Positions 61,185 through 64,000 of a DNA stretch of 64,000 bases are shown here, piece by piece. Made by a program: the position numbers and the translations under genes. The stretch comes from Candidatus Borrarchaeum weybense (GTDB lineage Archaea; Asgardarchaeota; Sifarchaeia; Borrarchaeales; Borrarchaeaceae). The stretch's first letter is position 1; the number at the start of each line of letters is the position of its first letter. The stretch covers positions 140,286-204,285 of the forward strand of contig JAHQJS010000008.1 of assembly GCA_019057385.1 (NCBI GenBank), in the 5' to 3' direction. The notes under the pieces are model-generated. The model ran no database searches, was not told the origin of the DNA, and was given only the letters and a program-made list of their open reading frames with translations.

Positions 61185-61670
61185 ATGTCTGAAAAGAAGC
61201 GCCTAAATGCAATGATGATTTATAAACTGCTCCCTCAAACTAACTGTCGAATTTGCGGCGAACCAAATTGCATGGCATTTGCAGTTAAATTACTTAACCG
61301 TTCAGTAGAACTCAAGCAATGTACACCGCTCTTCGAAGAAGAACAATATGCAGAAAAGGCGGAAAAACTCAAAGAACTGGTTGCTCCACTTGAACTGGCG
61401 AAAGAAACTGGGATCATTTTAGAGGAAGAAAAATGCATTGGATGTGGTAATTGTGTTGTTTGCTGCCCAGCGAATGCAGCTATTGCGCCAGAAACTTCTG
61501 GGGGCAAAGGCATCAAAGATGAAACAAATCCCGATCTCATATTCATTGTGGAAAAAGGTGTAGCAAAAATCTGTAAGCTTGAAAAGTGCCGTAGATACGA
61601 ACCGCCTCGAACATCATGCAGGGTTTGCGAAATTTTATGCCCAACGAAAGCAATTGAAATACTTCAATGA
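61185..61670 (+). CDS. Fe-S protein: FeS domain + 2x[4Fe-4S] (FwdG-like)
   Basis: LLPQTNC..CGE..CMAFA...C; CIGCGNCVVCCP; C..C...CP. Confidence 0.8.
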   Translation: MSEKKRLNAMMIYKLLPQTNCRICGEPNCMAFAVKLLNRSVELKQCTPLFEEEQYAEKAEKLKELVAPLELAKETGIILEEEKCIGCGNCVVCCPANAAIAPETSGGKGIKDETNPDLIFIVEKGVAKICKLEKCRRYEPPRTSCRVCEILCPTKAIEILQ

Positions 61671-61679
61671 GTTGATTAT

Positions 61680-62978
61680 ATGTCGAAAGAGATCTCTGAC
61701 GTGATATGTCCAGGTTGTGGAGTTCTCTGCGACGATATCAAGGTGAAGCTGGAGGATAATACAGTTGTAACAAACTATAATGCGTGTTCTAAAGGTAACG
61801 CGAAATTTCTTGATATCGCCTCTAATAGAATCCTTAATCCAACAATTATGACTGATAAAACCACTAAAGAAACTGATTTAGACTCTGCACTTTTGAAAAC
61901 AGCAGAAATATTGATTAATGCTGACTCCCCCCTCCTCTATGGCTGGAGCGCTACAACTTGTGAAGCACAAAGGCTTGGCATTCAACTTGCCAAAGAATTG
62001 AAGGGGATCGTAGATAGCACATCTTCATTCTGCCACGGCGTAACACTTTCAACTCTCATAGAGAACTCGTGGAGTACTGCAACTCTTGGTGAAGTCATGA
62101 ATAGGGCTGATGTGATCTTATATTGGGGTGCTAATCCTATAGAATCACATCCAAGGCATATGTCACGGTATAGTACAGTACCACGTGGTATTTTCAGACA
62201 AGCTGGAAAAGATGAGCGAACCGTTGTTGTTATAGATATCCGTAAAACACGAACTGCTAACATCGCAGATCGTTTTCTTGAAGTTGAACCTAACCGAGAT
62301 TTCGAACTAATTAGCGTTATGCGTTCTCTTTTGAACGGATATCGTCCAAATATAGACACTGTAGCAAATATTCCTTTAAAAGAAGTAGACCGACTGCTTG
62401 AACTAATTAAAGAAGCGAATTTTTGTACGATATTTTTTGGCTTAGGGTTGTTGATGAGTGCAGGAACATATCATAATATCTCTAGTCTTCTTTCATTTGT
62501 TGCCGAACTCAACCAATTTGCCAAAGTCGTTGCTATTCCCATGATTGGTCATTACAATATGATTGGATTTAATCAAGTATGCAGCTGGTTAACTGGATTC
62601 CCTTATGGCGTAGATTTTCGTAAAGAAGATCCCATGTTTAATCCTGGTGAAACTACAACTGCAGAACTATTACAGAAGAAAGAAATTGATGCAATGCTAT
62701 GTATTGCTTCTGATCCAGTTTCTACATTGCCTTATTCTTTAACCTCTTACCTAAAAGAGATCCCCGTTATCACGATGGAGCGCCAAATGACACCAACTAC
62801 ACGAATTTCAAAAATCGTCATCCCCGTAGCTCTGTCTGGAATTGAGGTTAGCGGCACCGCCTATCGAATGGATTCTGTTCCTCTTTATATGAAAAATATC
62901 ATCTCTCCACCAAATGGCATTTTATCTGATGAAATGATTCTGACAAAATTGTTGGAACTCGTTAAAGAAGCAAAATGA
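61680..62978 (+). CDS. fwdB: Formylmethanofuran dehydrogenase subunit B (Cys form)
   Basis: CPGCG.LCDD, AC..G..KF, SFCHG, TLGEV.NRAD....WG.NP..SHPRH.SRY, GHYN. Confidence 0.93.
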   Translation: MSKEISDVICPGCGVLCDDIKVKLEDNTVVTNYNACSKGNAKFLDIASNRILNPTIMTDKTTKETDLDSALLKTAEILINADSPLLYGWSATTCEAQRLGIQLAKELKGIVDSTSSFCHGVTLSTLIENSWSTATLGEVMNRADVILYWGANPIESHPRHMSRYSTVPRGIFRQAGKDERTVVVIDIRKTRTANIADRFLEVEPNRDFELISVMRSLLNGYRPNIDTVANIPLKEVDRLLELIKEANFCTIFFGLGLLMSAGTYHNISSLLSFVAELNQFAKVVAIPMIGHYNMIGFNQVCSWLTGFPYGVDFRKEDPMFNPGETTTAELLQKKEIDAMLCIASDPVSTLPYSLTSYLKEIPVITMERQMTPTTRISKIVIPVALSGIEVSGTAYRMDSVPLYMKNIISPPNGILSDEMILTKLLELVKEAK

Positions 62979-62996
62979 TTTTTAATGATTCTAAAA

Positions 62997-63863
62997 TCAC
63001 AATAACGGATCTGGCTGTTTGTGTTCAACTAGTTTTGGCAACCGTGCTCGTGTCACCAATAATTGGGAGTCTATTCTCACAATTCTGTTAGCAATGATTT
63101 TTTTCCCTTGTTCAGTTAACGCAAAAACTGGAATACCTACTCCAATTTGAAGTAATGCGTTTGGTCCAATGATTTCTCGAAGTGCTTTTGATGCACATCC
63201 CCAGATAAGATCGCATCCCTTTGCTAAAACTGATGCTTGATTGGGAGAAATACCAGTCGTGTGAACTGCTAAGATTGTTAACTTAACATCCAATTGTTTT
63301 TCATATTTCTTGAGTAAAGGAATTTTTTCAGCGTCAATTCCAGCAAGAGTTACTGCAACCTTATTAGCTAATGAGAATGCTCTTTTCACTCCTTCGACCT
63401 GATCTATTACGGCTGTCTTTGGGTTTAATACGATTCCACCTTTATTTTTCAGTTGATTTATTGTCTCTGGGATCGGTGATGTCTTTACCAATCCTGTCAT
63501 TCGAGCTCCAATTCCCTGAACTAGTTCTGGTGACTTCACTAATACGGTTCCCGCACCATCACACGCACACACCGTAATATCTATCAATCCATTGTGCATC
63601 GCATCCCTTAGCATCTCTGATGCTCCAAATGGCACATCCCTCCCTTCATATTCTAGCACTCTATTTTTTGTAAAAAAACCAAACTCTTCTATTTTCATTT
63701 CGACGCTATCACGAATGCTTTCTGGAGTCTCTTTTACCCCACCATAAAATTCATGTCGTAAAGGGCAATGAGTCACTAAAGGCTTTCCAACATCTATAAC
63801 TTTCCCGTTCTTTATGACAACTCTAGCTTTTGCAACTTCAATTATATGTTCATCTTCACTCAT
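62997..63863 (-). CDS. DUF2099 / methanogenesis marker protein 8-like
   Basis: DEHIIE, CPL, FGASE, CDGAGTV, QGIGARM.GL..TSPI, HTTG, CASK. Confidence 0.85.
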   Translation of the reverse strand: MSEDEHIIEVAKARVVIKNGKVIDVGKPLVTHCPLRHEFYGGVKETPESIRDSVEMKIEEFGFFTKNRVLEYEGRDVPFGASEMLRDAMHNGLIDITVCACDGAGTVLVKSPELVQGIGARMTGLVKTSPIPETINQLKNKGGIVLNPKTAVIDQVEGVKRAFSLANKVAVTLAGIDAEKIPLLKKYEKQLDVKLTILAVHTTGISPNQASVLAKGCDLIWGCASKALREIIGPNALLQIGVGIPVFALTEQGKKIIANRIVRIDSQLLVTRARLPKLVEHKQPDPLL

Positions 63864-63868
63864 TTTAT

Positions 63869-64000
63869 CATGTCTCCGAAAGAAGACCCCCCAACTTGTT
63901 GGGGGGATGAATTGCGTGTGTTACTTGTTTCACTTTCACGATACTCCCTAATCTTTAAATACGGTTTTGCAGCGATTCTAAGTAGAATTGAGCTGAGGTA
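63869..64000 (+). mobile_element. Left part of IS605-derived element N (family 4), cut by the window edge
   Basis: Left-end hairpin CCCCCCAAC..GTTGGGGGGATGAATTGCG, TTTAAATA, and TAAGTAGAATTGAGCTGAGGT shared with element A. Confidence 0.8.

Noticed and set aside
58501-62978. Selenocysteine recoding in hdrA/mvhD/fwdB
   Set aside because: Frames are open, with Cys at the relevant positions and no in-frame TGA

Overview
AT-rich archaeal chromosomal segment, most likely from an Asgard archaeon. This is inferred from five roadblock proteins, an MglA-type GTPase, longin-like and EMC6-like proteins, TFB, RpoP and Fwd/HdrA genes. Main contents: a type IV pilus operon plus two divergent pilins; housekeeping genes (pyrC, glyS, asnS, rqcH, leuCD-like, hmgA, tfb, rpoP); a roadblock/small-GTPase cluster; a Mo/W uptake-storage island; tandem secreted GH57-like genes; and a fwdDA / hdrA-mvhD / fwdB cluster. 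The most striking non-coding signal is a dense set of IS200/IS605-derived elements. One carries a tnpB with a rearranged RuvC-II site. About 13 others are ORF-less, and many keep left end + TATA box + structured omega-RNA-like scaffold + right end, in 4-5 scaffold families. Four supply the TGA stop of a host gene; in the two that can be reconstructed, this TGA sits in register with an original TAA. Second highlight: the two divergent pilins share a 70/71-bp inverted repeat, suggesting recombinational pilin switching or gene conversion. All calls come from reading the sequence; no database searches were run.
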